This document shows positions 26,340 to 36,438 of a stretch of 64,000 nt of DNA, in pieces; positions within the stretch are counted from its first letter, which is position 1; each line of letters opens with the position of its first letter. Location: contig JAQTRS010000003.1 in the NCBI GenBank assembly GCA_028711705.1, positions 109,966 through 173,965 of the forward strand. Direction: 5' to 3'. The position numbers and the translations under genes were made by a program. The DNA is from Candidatus Moraniibacteriota bacterium. GTDB taxonomy: Bacteria; Patescibacteriota; Minisyncoccia; Moranbacterales; UBA1568. The notes under the pieces were generated by a model. That model searched no databases and had not been told where the DNA came from. It worked only from the letters and a program-made list of their open reading frames with translations.

Positions 26340-27977
26340 ATGATGCAGATTATTTTTGGAGCCGCTGCTTTGAATTTTTTGGTGGGAGTCCTTCTTCTCA
26401 TCCAGAGGCGGCGTACGAAGGAAATAATCGCTTTCGGTGTCTTCTCTTTGATAACCGGCGTTTGGGGTCTATCGAATTTTCTTATTTACTATTACAACAG
26501 CGGCGTGTTTTTGGAGTCGGCCTATGCCTTCGGTGCCCTTACGGCGTCTTCGATGTTGGCCTGGTCATTTTTATATAAGCAAGGGTCGAATCGCACGAAC
26601 GTGGCGATTTTTATATATGCCTTGGGCATACTCATTTTCTGCCTTTCTTACGTCAATGGGTATGCTATTGGTGATATTCGTGGTATCACGGCAAGCGGCG
26701 TCGATGCCGATCCAGGATTATTTTCCGACGAGTATTCACTCTTTGTACTGGTGTCGCTGCTCTGGTCCTTGGCGAACGTGTTTTCGGTGTTCAGGAAATC
26801 TATCGGTTTTGAGCGGAAGCAGGCCCGATTGGTATTGGTTGGTCTGTTCGTATTCGTCGGAGTGACCATTATCGTGAGCGCTATCTTGCCGATTTTCGGT
26901 ATTTTGGGGTATACCAATCTCGACAGCCCGAGTTCTTTGATTTTCGTCATCTTCGTGGCATTCGCTATCGTGCGGTATCACTTCTTGGAGACACGGGTGA
27001 TTCTCGCGCAGGTGTTGGTGGGTGCTTTGGCTACCGTGTCGATCATCCAGCTTCTGAGTTCGACGACCGTGTTTGATGTGGTCATTACGATGATATCGCT
27101 TTGTATCGTCTTGGGTTTGGGGATATTTCTTGTACGGAGCGTGTTTAATGATATCCAGCACAAGAACGAGCTGCAGCGGGTGAATGTGCAGCTCAAGCGG
27201 AGCAAGCAGCGCTTGGGACAGGTAAACGAGCACCTAATGCAGCTCGATCAGGCCAAAACGGACTTTATCAATATCGCTTCCCATCAGCTCCGCACGCCTT
27301 TGGGAAGTATGCGTTGGAGCATGGAGATGATTCTTGCGGATGAGATGGGACCGATATCGGATTCAGCCAAGGATGCGCTCCGGGAGATATATGAGAATAA
27401 TCAGCGTATGGGCGATCTGGTGAATGATTTGTTGAGCGTGGCTCGCATCGAGCAGGGCAAGGTTGTGGAAAAAGCCGTAGCGACGGATATCGCGTCCGTT
27501 ATCAGCGAGGCGGTCAAGATGATGCAGCCCGAGGCGAAGCACAGGCAGATCACATTGCGATTCGATATGCCGACCAAGGATATCCCATCGATCATGGTGG
27601 CGCCGAAACGCTTTTTTGAGGTGATTCAAAACCTTATTTCCAACGCGATTAAGTACAATCGCCCAGAGGGAATGGTGATCGTCGCGATGGAAGTATCGAC
27701 ACGGCATATGCGCATTAGCGTGACGGACACAGGCATCGGTATCCCTCAATCGGAGCATGCTAAGATATTTTCGAAGTTTTTCCGTGCCGGGAACGCCTTA
27801 TCCACGAATACCGAAGGCACGGGACTGGGTCTGTTCGTGGCGAAGTCCTTTGTGGAGGAGAATGGCGGTATCATACGCTTCAAAAGCGAGGAGGGTGTGG
27901 GAACCACGTTCATTATCGAGTTGCCGATAACGGTGCCGACCGCGCAAGAGGATCAGCGCCAGGGCGAAGCGCGGTGA
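26340..27977 (+). CDS. Multi-TM (HisKA_7TM-like) sensor histidine kinase
   Basis: About 8-9 hydrophobic helices including FAIVRYHFL, H-box ASHQLRTPL, NLISNAIKYN, DTGIGIP, GTGLGL. Confidence 0.9.
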   Translation: MMQIIFGAAALNFLVGVLLLIQRRRTKEIIAFGVFSLITGVWGLSNFLIYYYNSGVFLESAYAFGALTASSMLAWSFLYKQGSNRTNVAIFIYALGILIFCLSYVNGYAIGDIRGITASGVDADPGLFSDEYSLFVLVSLLWSLANVFSVFRKSIGFERKQARLVLVGLFVFVGVTIIVSAILPIFGILGYTNLDSPSSLIFVIFVAFAIVRYHFLETRVILAQVLVGALATVSIIQLLSSTTVFDVVITMISLCIVLGLGIFLVRSVFNDIQHKNELQRVNVQLKRSKQRLGQVNEHLMQLDQAKTDFINIASHQLRTPLGSMRWSMEMILADEMGPISDSAKDALREIYENNQRMGDLVNDLLSVARIEQGKVVEKAVATDIASVISEAVKMMQPEAKHRQITLRFDMPTKDIPSIMVAPKRFFEVIQNLISNAIKYNRPEGMVIVAMEVSTRHMRISVTDTGIGIPQSEHAKIFSKFFRAGNALSTNTEGTGLGLFVAKSFVEENGGIIRFKSEEGVGTTFIIELPITVPTAQEDQRQGEAR

Positions 27978-28040
27978 TTTTATGGAGAAATGAGAGACAT
28001 CTGGTATACTTGGAAGAGAGACACATTAATATAAATATGT

Positions 28041-28442
28041 ATGACCGAAATAGTGCAGGGTCAAGATGCGCCAAAGGTTTCTCTTTTGGTGGTCGAAGAC
28101 GACAAGTTCTACGCTAATATCTATCGTGTGAAATTCACCAAGGAAGGATATGATATCCGCTTGGCAGGCGATGGCGATGAGGCGCTCAAGATGGCGCGCG
28201 AGCGCAAGCCCGATCTTATTTTGTTGGATCTGATTATGCCGAAAAAGGACGGGTTCGAGACGCTTCGGGAATTGAAAGCCGATACGAATCTTAAGGATAT
28301 TCGGGTAATCGTTTTTTCCAATCTCAGTCAGGATGAGGACATCAAGCGCGTAAAAGATGCTGGCGCATTCGACTATATCGTCAAGGCTAACATTTCGCTT
28401 CAGGATATGGTGGCCCGTGTGAAGGGGTATGTGGCCCAGTAA
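28041..28442 (+). CDS. Single-domain response regulator (receiver only)
   Basis: VVEDD, PDLILLDLIMPKKDGF, DYIVK; no output domain. Confidence 0.93.
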   Translation: MTEIVQGQDAPKVSLLVVEDDKFYANIYRVKFTKEGYDIRLAGDGDEALKMARERKPDLILLDLIMPKKDGFETLRELKADTNLKDIRVIVFSNLSQDEDIKRVKDAGAFDYIVKANISLQDMVARVKGYVAQ

Positions 28443-28459
28443 TAACATCTGCTTCGAAT

Positions 28460-30175
28460 ATGCCAGAACAACAACCATCGGAAGAACTTATACCGGACGA
28501 GGTACTGTACCAGTTATTGCTTGAGACAGGATCGGTACCGCAGGCATCGCTTGATGTCGCCGCGCAGCGTGCTAAGGAGGAGCATACTTCTTTGTATGAG
28601 GCTATTTTATGGCATGATTTCGTGTCCGATGAGAAACTCTGCCGATTGGCGGCCGATTTTTTGCAGATGCCCTTCGTGCTGCTTGCGGGAATCGCCATCG
28701 AGGAAGATGTCTTGCGAACGATTCCGGAAGTGGTTGCCAAGAAAAACGCCATCATCGTTTTTCGGAAAGATACGGATGGCTTGCATATCGCGACCAAGCA
28801 GCCAGATAATGTTCAGATTATCGATTTTATACGAAGAAAGACAGGGATGTCCGTTACAGTGTATCTTTCGATGTCCCAAGATATAGCGAACGCACTCCTT
28901 TTATACGGAAAAAATATCACCAAAGCATTTGACGATATTATACACGAGAGTCTACTTGATGCGAAAGGGTCGTCGAGCGATCAGAATGCGTTGCCTATCA
29001 TCAAGATAGTAGACAATATCCTCTCGTATGCGTATCAGAACAAGTCCTCTGACGTGCATATCGAACCGCGAGAAGAAGGGTCTTTGGTGCGCTTTCGTAT
29101 CGATGGCATCTTGCATGATATCGTTACGCTTCCGCTTGAGATCCATCCGCAGATCGTGTCGCGCATAAAAGTGCTAGCAAAGCTCCGTACGGATGAACAT
29201 CAGGCGCCTCATGATGGCAAGATCCGTTTTGAATCGGAGGGTGAAGCTTTGGACATCCGTGTGTCGGTGGTGCCGGTAACGGAAGGGGAGAAAATAGTGA
29301 TGCGCCTCCTCTCGGAGCGTTCGCGTCAGTTTTCTTTGTCCAATCTCGGTTTCGGATCGAGCGATTTGGCTAAGGTGAACGAAGCCTATAACAAGCCATA
29401 CGGAACTATCCTGGTTACCGGACCGACCGGTTGTGGAAAGACTACTACGTTGTACTCCATATTGAAGCTTCTTAATAATCGCAAGGTGAATATAATGACC
29501 ATCGAGGATCCGGTGGAATATGATATGGAAGGCGTCAATCAGATTCAGGTGAATACTAAGGCGAATCTTACGTTTGCGACCGGATTGCGGAGTATTCTCC
29601 GTCAGGATCCCAACATCATTTTGGTGGGTGAAATACGTGACAAAGAAACGGCTGGTATCGCGATCAATCTGGCTATGACCGGACACCTCGTACTTTCTAC
29701 GCTGCACACCAATGATTCGGCGACAGCGGTTCCTCGTATGATCGATATGGATATCGAACCATTCCTACTCTCTTCGACTATCAATGTCATTGTCGCCCAG
29801 CGTCTCGTGAGAAAGATTCATGATGCTTGCCGTGTCAGCGAAGAGGTTTCTATTGAAGATCTGAACCAACGCTTGGGAGCTGCGCTCGTACATGAAGTAT
29901 TCGGTGATGCGAGCGAGTCTGGCAAAAGTGTGCGTCTGTACAGAGGAAAAGGATGCGATTTGTGCCATCAGACAGGATATCAGGGGCGCATCGGCGTGTT
30001 TGAGGTTATGACTATTGATGATAAGTTGCGCACCGCTATCACGAATCGCAAGGATGCGGCGACTATTGCCGATATCGCTATCGCTTCCGGGATGACGACG
30101 ATGCTTGAGGATGGTTTGGAGAAGGTAAAGCAAGGGATAACGACTTTGGATGAGGTGTTGAGGGTTATCAAATAG
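28460..30175 (+). CDS. pilB: Type IV pilus assembly ATPase PilB/GspE
   Basis: SSDVHIEP, Walker A GPTGCGKTTT, TIEDPVEY, LRQDPNIILVGEIRD, TGHLVLSTLHTN, GYQGRIGVFE. Confidence 0.93.
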   Translation: MPEQQPSEELIPDEVLYQLLLETGSVPQASLDVAAQRAKEEHTSLYEAILWHDFVSDEKLCRLAADFLQMPFVLLAGIAIEEDVLRTIPEVVAKKNAIIVFRKDTDGLHIATKQPDNVQIIDFIRRKTGMSVTVYLSMSQDIANALLLYGKNITKAFDDIIHESLLDAKGSSSDQNALPIIKIVDNILSYAYQNKSSDVHIEPREEGSLVRFRIDGILHDIVTLPLEIHPQIVSRIKVLAKLRTDEHQAPHDGKIRFESEGEALDIRVSVVPVTEGEKIVMRLLSERSRQFSLSNLGFGSSDLAKVNEAYNKPYGTILVTGPTGCGKTTTLYSILKLLNNRKVNIMTIEDPVEYDMEGVNQIQVNTKANLTFATGLRSILRQDPNIILVGEIRDKETAGIAINLAMTGHLVLSTLHTNDSATAVPRMIDMDIEPFLLSSTINVIVAQRLVRKIHDACRVSEEVSIEDLNQRLGAALVHEVFGDASESGKSVRLYRGKGCDLCHQTGYQGRIGVFEVMTIDDKLRTAITNRKDAATIADIAIASGMTTMLEDGLEKVKQGITTLDEVLRVIK

Positions 30176-30286
30176 CAGCCGAAATGTTTAGCTTTCGATC
30201 GACGGGCGATCGAGTCCGTTTGTGGATTGTGTGATATGATGCATCGGACCGGTATTGAGAGGAGTTTCATTTTTTAACGCATATGT

Positions 30287-31345
30287 ATGACTCTTTTTTC
30301 GCGGGCGAGTTTTTTGGATATCTTGTTGTTTACAAAACACCTTTCGGTGATGGTAAAGAGCGGCATTACAGTAGCCGAGTCAGTCAAATCCCTCAAGCAT
30401 CAGGCGAAAACAGGCGCTTTCAAAAGGATTCTCGATCAAGTATCGGCCGACATCGAAAACGGCGATCCTCTCGCGAAGGCACTTGCGAAGTATCCTCAGG
30501 CTTTCAGTCATTTCTATATCAATCTTATCGCTATCGGTGAAGAGTCGGGAGTGCTTCAGGAGAATTTGGATTTCCTGTCCAAGCAGTTGAGCAAGGAATA
30601 CGCGCTTCGAAAGAAAGTACAGGGCGTGCTCCTGTATCCGGCGATCGTGCTGACGGCCGCCTTTGTGATCAGCGCCCTGGTGAGCATCTTCGTTTTGCCG
30701 AAACTTGTGAATCTTTTTGAGTCTTTCGATGTCGTTTTGCCGTTATCGACGCGTATCCTCCTATCCATCGCTCATGTCATGCAATCGCATGGAGTGATCA
30801 TATTCGTAACGATTCTTGCGGCGAGCATTTTTTTTCGGGTTTTGGCTTTCGTGCCACAGATCAGAAAATGGTATCACTGGTTATTTTTGAGTATGCCGAT
30901 TATCGGGCCATTCCTGCGAAATGTATACATTTCTTCCTCGTGTCGTGATTTGGGAATGATGCTTCAGGCGGGATTATCGATCACTCGTGCGCTGCGAGTG
31001 GAGTATGACACGATAAACAATCTCGTATTCAAGGAATATGTGAAGAGTTTGCAACTTTCTATAGCAAGGGGCGGGACTTTGTCGGGCGAATTATTGACGG
31101 GGAATTTTTCGAAGATACCGCCTTTGGTTTCGAAAATGATTGAGGTCGGAGAAGGGACCGGAAAACTCGAAGAATCGCTTCTATATCTGGGGGATTTCTT
31201 CGAAGAGGAGATTGATAATACATCGAAGAATTTTTCCACTGTTTTGGAACCGATCTTGCTTTTATGTATCGGATTGGTGGTCGCATTTGTCGCGTTGGCG
31301 ATCATATCGCCGATTTATTCATTGACGGGATCTGTCCATAGGTAA
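30287..31345 (+). CDS. pilC: Type IV pilus platform protein PilC/GspF
   Basis: FTKHLSVMVKSG, IGEESGVL, LYPAIV, VGEGTGKLEE, LEPILL. Confidence 0.92.
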   Translation: MTLFSRASFLDILLFTKHLSVMVKSGITVAESVKSLKHQAKTGAFKRILDQVSADIENGDPLAKALAKYPQAFSHFYINLIAIGEESGVLQENLDFLSKQLSKEYALRKKVQGVLLYPAIVLTAAFVISALVSIFVLPKLVNLFESFDVVLPLSTRILLSIAHVMQSHGVIIFVTILAASIFFRVLAFVPQIRKWYHWLFLSMPIIGPFLRNVYISSSCRDLGMMLQAGLSITRALRVEYDTINNLVFKEYVKSLQLSIARGGTLSGELLTGNFSKIPPLVSKMIEVGEGTGKLEESLLYLGDFFEEEIDNTSKNFSTVLEPILLLCIGLVVAFVALAIISPIYSLTGSVHR

Positions 31346-31356
31346 ACTGAGTTGCT

Positions 31357-31785
31357 ATGAAAAAAGGATTCACGCTTGTCGAGCTATTATTGGTCATCGC
31401 GCTCATTATGATTGTCGGGATGCTTTCGGCAGCTTTTTATACCCGATTCCTGATGCAGAATAATGTTATCAATACGACTACGCAATTGGTCGGCAGCCTT
31501 CGGAAAGCGCAGATGTATAGTATGATGGGAAAACGGGGCGGTTCCTGGGGTGTGGCGGCTTTTCCTGGATCGATAGTGCTGTTTCAGGGTAATTCATATG
31601 CGTCGCGCGATGAGGCTTTGGATGAAGTGTTTGTCACGAGGCCCGATATTTCTACGGGAGATTTTTCGGAAATAGTCTTTGCGAAGACGACTGGACTTCC
31701 TGATATCGCACCGACTATCGTTATTTCCGAAGGTGGCGAGACGCGTACGTTGACGGTCAGTAATCAGGGTATAGTGAGCCAATAA
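31357..31785 (+). CDS. Minor type IV prepilin (FimT/FimU-like)
   Basis: MKKG/FTLVELL N-methylation motif. Confidence 0.85.
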   Translation: MKKGFTLVELLLVIALIMIVGMLSAAFYTRFLMQNNVINTTTQLVGSLRKAQMYSMMGKRGGSWGVAAFPGSIVLFQGNSYASRDEALDEVFVTRPDISTGDFSEIVFAKTTGLPDIAPTIVISEGGETRTLTVSNQGIVSQ

Positions 31786-31789
31786 CTAT

Positions 31790-32284
31790 ATGACAAGGAG
31801 ATTGAAAATGAATACGCGTGAGTGCAAGGGATTCTCCGTTTTGGAGATCATTTTGGCCGTGGGAATTTTCGTGGTTATGGTTTCGGGGATGGTGATCGCC
31901 GTGCTTTCAGGCATGGAGACGAACCGTCTCGGACAAGAGGAAACGGTCGCGACGGAATATACGACGGAGGGGATAGAGGCAGCCCGATCGATACGTAATC
32001 TGAATTTTTCGGCATTGAATGATACTTCCGGAACTGGCATCGATCAAGTTTCCGGCGTGTGGTCTTTTTCTGGAAACGAAAACGTGCTTGATGGGAAATA
32101 TACGAGGGTTATTTCGATCGAGAGCGTGCGGCGGGATGGTTCCGGTAATATCGTTGAGAGCGGCGGCGGTATCGATCCGGATACGAAAAAAGTGACGGTG
32201 ACGACATCATGGGCTATTTCTTCATCGAGATATGACTCGGTGGTACTGATGACATATCTTACCAACTGGAAAGCTCCGATATGA
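31790..32284 (+). CDS. Minor type IV prepilin (PilV-like)
   Basis: KG/FSVLEII; EGIEAARSIR; KKVTVTTSW. Confidence 0.85.
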   Translation: MTRRLKMNTRECKGFSVLEIILAVGIFVVMVSGMVIAVLSGMETNRLGQEETVATEYTTEGIEAARSIRNLNFSALNDTSGTGIDQVSGVWSFSGNENVLDGKYTRVISIESVRRDGSGNIVESGGGIDPDTKKVTVTTSWAISSSRYDSVVLMTYLTNWKAPI

Positions 32285-32829
32285 TTATGAAACATACACA
32301 GCATACTATGCGGAGAGGATTCACTTTTATCGAGGTGCTTTTGTATATGGGCATCGTTTCATTGATGCTCACAGCGATCGTTTCTTTTGCATGGGTCATT
32401 ATCGATGCGGGAGTGAAGAGCGCTACGCAACAGGAAGTTTACGCCACGACAAGATATGTGAGCGAGCGGCTGATGTATGAAATCAGGAACGCTGCCGGTA
32501 TCGATGTTTCCGATTTCGATGTGAATCTTGCAAGTGATGAGACGAAAAATTGTTCTTTGGCGCAAGAGGGAACAAGTGAGTCGCTCCGTATCTTCGTGTC
32601 GAATAACCAAGTATTTATGAGGCTCCCTTCTTTGGAGATTGTCCCTTTGCAATCGACGGATACGAAAGTGACGAATCTTACCTTTACAGACTATTCTTCC
32701 GGTGATAGCAAGGCAAAATACGTCGGGTTTGTTTTGACGGTAGAGTCGAATTATCCGGGTGCAGCAGGACGGCAGGAATATCAGGAAAGCGTTACGATAC
32801 GATCCGGTGTCGAAGTGAGAAGTCATTAA
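32281..32829 (+). CDS. Minor type IV prepilin (PilW-like)
   Basis: RRG/FTFIEVLLY; RLMYEIRNA. Confidence 0.85.
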   Translation: MIMKHTQHTMRRGFTFIEVLLYMGIVSLMLTAIVSFAWVIIDAGVKSATQQEVYATTRYVSERLMYEIRNAAGIDVSDFDVNLASDETKNCSLAQEGTSESLRIFVSNNQVFMRLPSLEIVPLQSTDTKVTNLTFTDYSSGDSKAKYVGFVLTVESNYPGAAGRQEYQESVTIRSGVEVRSH

Positions 32830-32879
32830 TCGTGTGCGAAGAGCGGGGTATTTTGTGACTTATTATAACAAACGAAGGT

Positions 32880-33254
32880 ATGAACAAAGGTTTTATTGCC
32901 ATGACAACCGTATTGATCCTTTCTGTGGCGATGGTCGCGATTATGACCACGGTGTCTTTGCTCTCTATCGGGGAATCGCAATCAGGATTCGCTTTGATGA
33001 AAGGGGAGGGCGCTTTACAATTTTCGGAAGGTTGCGCCGAGGATGCGCTGCTGCGTATTCGTGCCGATGAAGCCTATATTGGAGGCACTTTTTCTCATCC
33101 GGAAGGCGAATGCACGGCGGATATCGCTTCGGACGGGAGTATTAAAACAATCACGGTACGATCGAACGCTGTTGATTATAGCCGAAGCATCTCGATCATG
33201 CTTGAGCGGACGGTGACAGGTATTACGCTCATAAGCTGGCACGAGATACCGTAA
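32880..33254 (+). CDS. Minor prepilin lacking Glu5 (PilX/GspK-like)
   Basis: NKG/FIAMTTVL with no E5; SEGCAEDALLR; C-terminal SWHE. Confidence 0.75.
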   Translation: MNKGFIAMTTVLILSVAMVAIMTTVSLLSIGESQSGFALMKGEGALQFSEGCAEDALLRIRADEAYIGGTFSHPEGECTADIASDGSIKTITVRSNAVDYSRSISIMLERTVTGITLISWHEIP

Positions 33255-33337
33255 GCAATTGCCTTAATTTTCATTGTTATGGAAAGCTTGAGTAACACAG
33301 GGTTTATAAATTTCCAGAAAAACGATGAAGATATGGT

Positions 33338-34711
33338 ATGATATCGTATATGGGCATATTTTCAAAACAAAAAAACATCATCTTTATTTCCCATTCACGC
33401 TTGCGTGCAGTGCAGGTGAATCTGGGGCGTGCCAATGCAGGGAAGGTGATCGAGGATATCGTATGGAACAAAGAGACATTGCCATCGATACTTTCGGTTA
33501 TCCGTACAAAAATTGGGAGCGATATCCAGCTCGCACTAAGCGAAGATTTGGTATACGTCGTAAGTTTCGCTTTGAAAAACGCGACGAAATACACCCGTCT
33601 GACGATAAAGCAGGAGGCTTCGAGCTTTATCCCTGAGAATTTAGACGAGGTGCCTTGGGATTTCCGCAGTATCGCTGCTATCGTCGGCGATAAGCGTATC
33701 GGTGTCAGCAAGGGGGTGCAGGTAGCAGCGGTTTCGAAAGTTTTCCTGCACGACATCGCGCCGGCATTCGTATCGGCCGGTTTCGTGGTGGAGGCGATGG
33801 AGGCTGAATCATGCGCTTTAGCAAGACTGATGCATGATCAGGCCAGTCCGATACTTATCGTGCATACGGACCATGATAGAACCCTGCTAGTTATTCTTGA
33901 GCGCGGCGTCGTAATGGCAACACAAAATTTTGCGGAATCCATACATTCGGATGATATCGAGAGGTTCATAAGTTCGGCGCAGAAACATTTTTCATTGCGT
34001 ATCGCATCGGTTATTTTTTCCGAAGAATCGACGAAATCGCTCGGCGATGTGAGGGATTCGCTTCAGAGCAAGGGCTTTTCGGTGCAAGAGGCTTCTTTTG
34101 ACCCTATTCTCGGTCTTGCTTTGAAAAAAGATATCAGAGGAAATGATGCAGACGTATTGAATGTCAATCTGCTACCTCAAGAGAAACGAAACTTTTTGAG
34201 CCTCATACGGAGCCCTCGTGAAAAGCGATTACTGATCATTTTTTTTATTGTTTTTATCCTCGGATCGGTTGCAGTATCTGGGATGTTTATGTTTAATCGT
34301 TCAGTAAAGGCACCGATAAAGCAGGAGTCTGTCATAGCGGATATTCCTATTGAGGTTGCGAAACCCTCTGTGCCGCAAGATAATGCAGACGGTCTTGTGC
34401 CTCCATCCGGATCTGGTGCTGTCGCTGATTATGCGATCAGCATTCTTAATGGAAGTGGCATCCGGGGTGAGGCAGCCGGAGTAGAGAAGTTGGTTCGTGC
34501 GGAAGGCGCGACAAAGGTCCGTATCGGCAATGCAGATAACAATTCGTATACCAAAACCAAGATACGGGCAAAAAAAACCGTGCCTCCTTCGATGTCTCAA
34601 TCGATTGTGAAGGTATTGTCTTCGCGTTACGTTGTGGAAGATGTCGAAATATTGGATGATGGTGCGGAAGATGATATTATGGTAATAGTTGGCAGTCAAA
34701 AAAACGAATAA
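33338..34711 (+). CDS. PilM-like cytoplasmic domain plus TM plus LytR C-terminal domain
   Basis: EASSFIP...EVPWDF, EAESCALAR and ILGLALK resemble PilM; C-terminal ISILNGSGIRGEA...IGNAD...DIMVIVG is LytR_C-like. Confidence 0.65.
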   Translation: MISYMGIFSKQKNIIFISHSRLRAVQVNLGRANAGKVIEDIVWNKETLPSILSVIRTKIGSDIQLALSEDLVYVVSFALKNATKYTRLTIKQEASSFIPENLDEVPWDFRSIAAIVGDKRIGVSKGVQVAAVSKVFLHDIAPAFVSAGFVVEAMEAESCALARLMHDQASPILIVHTDHDRTLLVILERGVVMATQNFAESIHSDDIERFISSAQKHFSLRIASVIFSEESTKSLGDVRDSLQSKGFSVQEASFDPILGLALKKDIRGNDADVLNVNLLPQEKRNFLSLIRSPREKRLLIIFFIVFILGSVAVSGMFMFNRSVKAPIKQESVIADIPIEVAKPSVPQDNADGLVPPSGSGAVADYAISILNGSGIRGEAAGVEKLVRAEGATKVRIGNADNNSYTKTKIRAKKTVPPSMSQSIVKVLSSRYVVEDVEILDDGAEDDIMVIVGSQKNE

Positions 34712-34724
34712 AAGGATATATTTT

Positions 34725-35201
34725 ATGAAGCAGTCTGGTTTTCGGACAGAAAAAGGATTCACTCTTATCGAACTTCTTTTGGTGATAGGGATTATTTCAG
34801 TTTTGGCAGTCGTTGTGTTCGTTGCGCTTGATCCCGCGAAACGATTTGCGGATGCGCGTGATGCGAGGCGAAATTCCGATGTCCAAAATATCCTCAGCGC
34901 TATCCATCAATATATTATCGACAACAAAGGCGCTTTGCCTTCCGGACTCGGTACGACTGAAAATCAGATCGGCACGGCTACTTCCGGATGCGGCCTCGTG
35001 GCGGGCGAGTGCAATGTTGGTGCCACCGCCTGTCTCGATATGTCCGCTAATTTGGCGAAGTATCTCAAGTCGATACCGACCGATCCGCAGAACGGTACGG
35101 CTGGTACGACGCATTATTCCGTTCAAACAGATGTTAATGGCATCGTGACCGTACGCGCATGTGATACGGAAGGAACGACTGCTATCTCGATTTCGCGCTG
35201 A
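34725..35201 (+). CDS. Type IV pilin (major-pilin-like, copy 1)
   Basis: KG/FTLIELLLVIGII; ARDARRNSD; YLKSIPTDP. Confidence 0.88.
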   Translation: MKQSGFRTEKGFTLIELLLVIGIISVLAVVVFVALDPAKRFADARDARRNSDVQNILSAIHQYIIDNKGALPSGLGTTENQIGTATSGCGLVAGECNVGATACLDMSANLAKYLKSIPTDPQNGTAGTTHYSVQTDVNGIVTVRACDTEGTTAISISR

Positions 35202-35291
35202 TCACAGGTACAAACTTTTAATGTCACCTCTGGCTGTGTGTTTTGGCGAGGGAGAGTCTTGTGCGCCGATTGCTAAATTCTCGATCGATAC

Positions 35292-36365
35292 ATGACCATG
35301 CATCAATCCATACGAACCTCTATTCAGAAACTCTTTTCCTTGCAGGTCGGTTTTTTTCTTATTCTCGCTTTGCCTGCGAGTACGAATTATAAGTTGAAGG
35401 ATTTCGGTATCGGAAGCGGCGGTTCCTCGACAGCTGCTTCCGCGAATTATAAGGCGGATGTAATAAGCGGCGAAACGGATAATGGCAACCTTACCGGAAC
35501 GACGTATAATTTAGGAACCGGACTTGCGTTTACCAATCAGGCCGATGTTCCGGCGGCGCCGACATTCACCAACCCGAGTAACTATTACAATAAGCTCAAG
35601 ATCGTTCTTGACGCGTCGAGCAATGCGACGGATACGAAATTCGCGATCGCTATCAGCCCCGATGATTTCGTGACGACGTACTATGTGCAAAGCGACGCCG
35701 CTATCGGTATGACATTGGGATCCGAGGACTATCAAACCTCTACCGGCTGGGGGAGTGCATCCGGGACGATCATCATCGGTTTGACGCCGAATACGACCTA
35801 TAAAGCGAAAGTAAAGGCGATGCAGGGGGATTTCACGGAAACGGGCTATGGGCCGATCGCCACCGCATCCACGATCAATCCGACTATGACCTTCGATATC
35901 GACGTATCGGCAACGGATACGGATACCAGTCCGCCATTCACGATCAATCTCGGTGACTTAATAGCCAGCACTATCACGGACGGGCCCCAGAAAATATGGG
36001 TTGATTTCTCGACCAACGGGGAGCTTGGCGGACGGGTGTATGTGGTCGCGCAAAATGCGGGGTTGCAAAGTGTTGCGGCGAGCTACAAAATCAATGCGGT
36101 TACAGGAAATCTCTCTGCCTTACCGCAAGGATTCGGTGCGCAGGGATCCTCGGTGGCTAATGGATTATCGATTGCTACGCTGTATGATCTTTCGGGGGAT
36201 AATGTCGGTGTGACAGATACCAACATCCGTGAAATATTTTCTTCAACGTCTCCGACGACAGGAGGACGAGGGTCATTTCTTCTCAAGGCGAAGTCGGCAG
36301 CCACTACGCCATCAGCGAGCGATTATGCGGAAACACTTACTGTTATCGCATCCGCAAGTTTCTGA
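35292..36365 (+). CDS. Secreted beta-sandwich protein (FN3-like plus C-terminal WxL/pilin-like domain)
   Basis: Signal peptide, ASTNYKL...GSGG, LTPNTTYKAKV, C-terminus SDYAETLTVIASASF. Confidence 0.6.
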   Translation: MTMHQSIRTSIQKLFSLQVGFFLILALPASTNYKLKDFGIGSGGSSTAASANYKADVISGETDNGNLTGTTYNLGTGLAFTNQADVPAAPTFTNPSNYYNKLKIVLDASSNATDTKFAIAISPDDFVTTYYVQSDAAIGMTLGSEDYQTSTGWGSASGTIIIGLTPNTTYKAKVKAMQGDFTETGYGPIATASTINPTMTFDIDVSATDTDTSPPFTINLGDLIASTITDGPQKIWVDFSTNGELGGRVYVVAQNAGLQSVAASYKINAVTGNLSALPQGFGAQGSSVANGLSIATLYDLSGDNVGVTDTNIREIFSSTSPTTGGRGSFLLKAKSAATTPSASDYAETLTVIASASF

Positions 36366-36438
36366 TTCATGTTCTTTGACAGTATTTTCGTGCATGTTAT
36401 ACTGTAATAAATTAGGTATAAAAATAAAATAAAACAAT

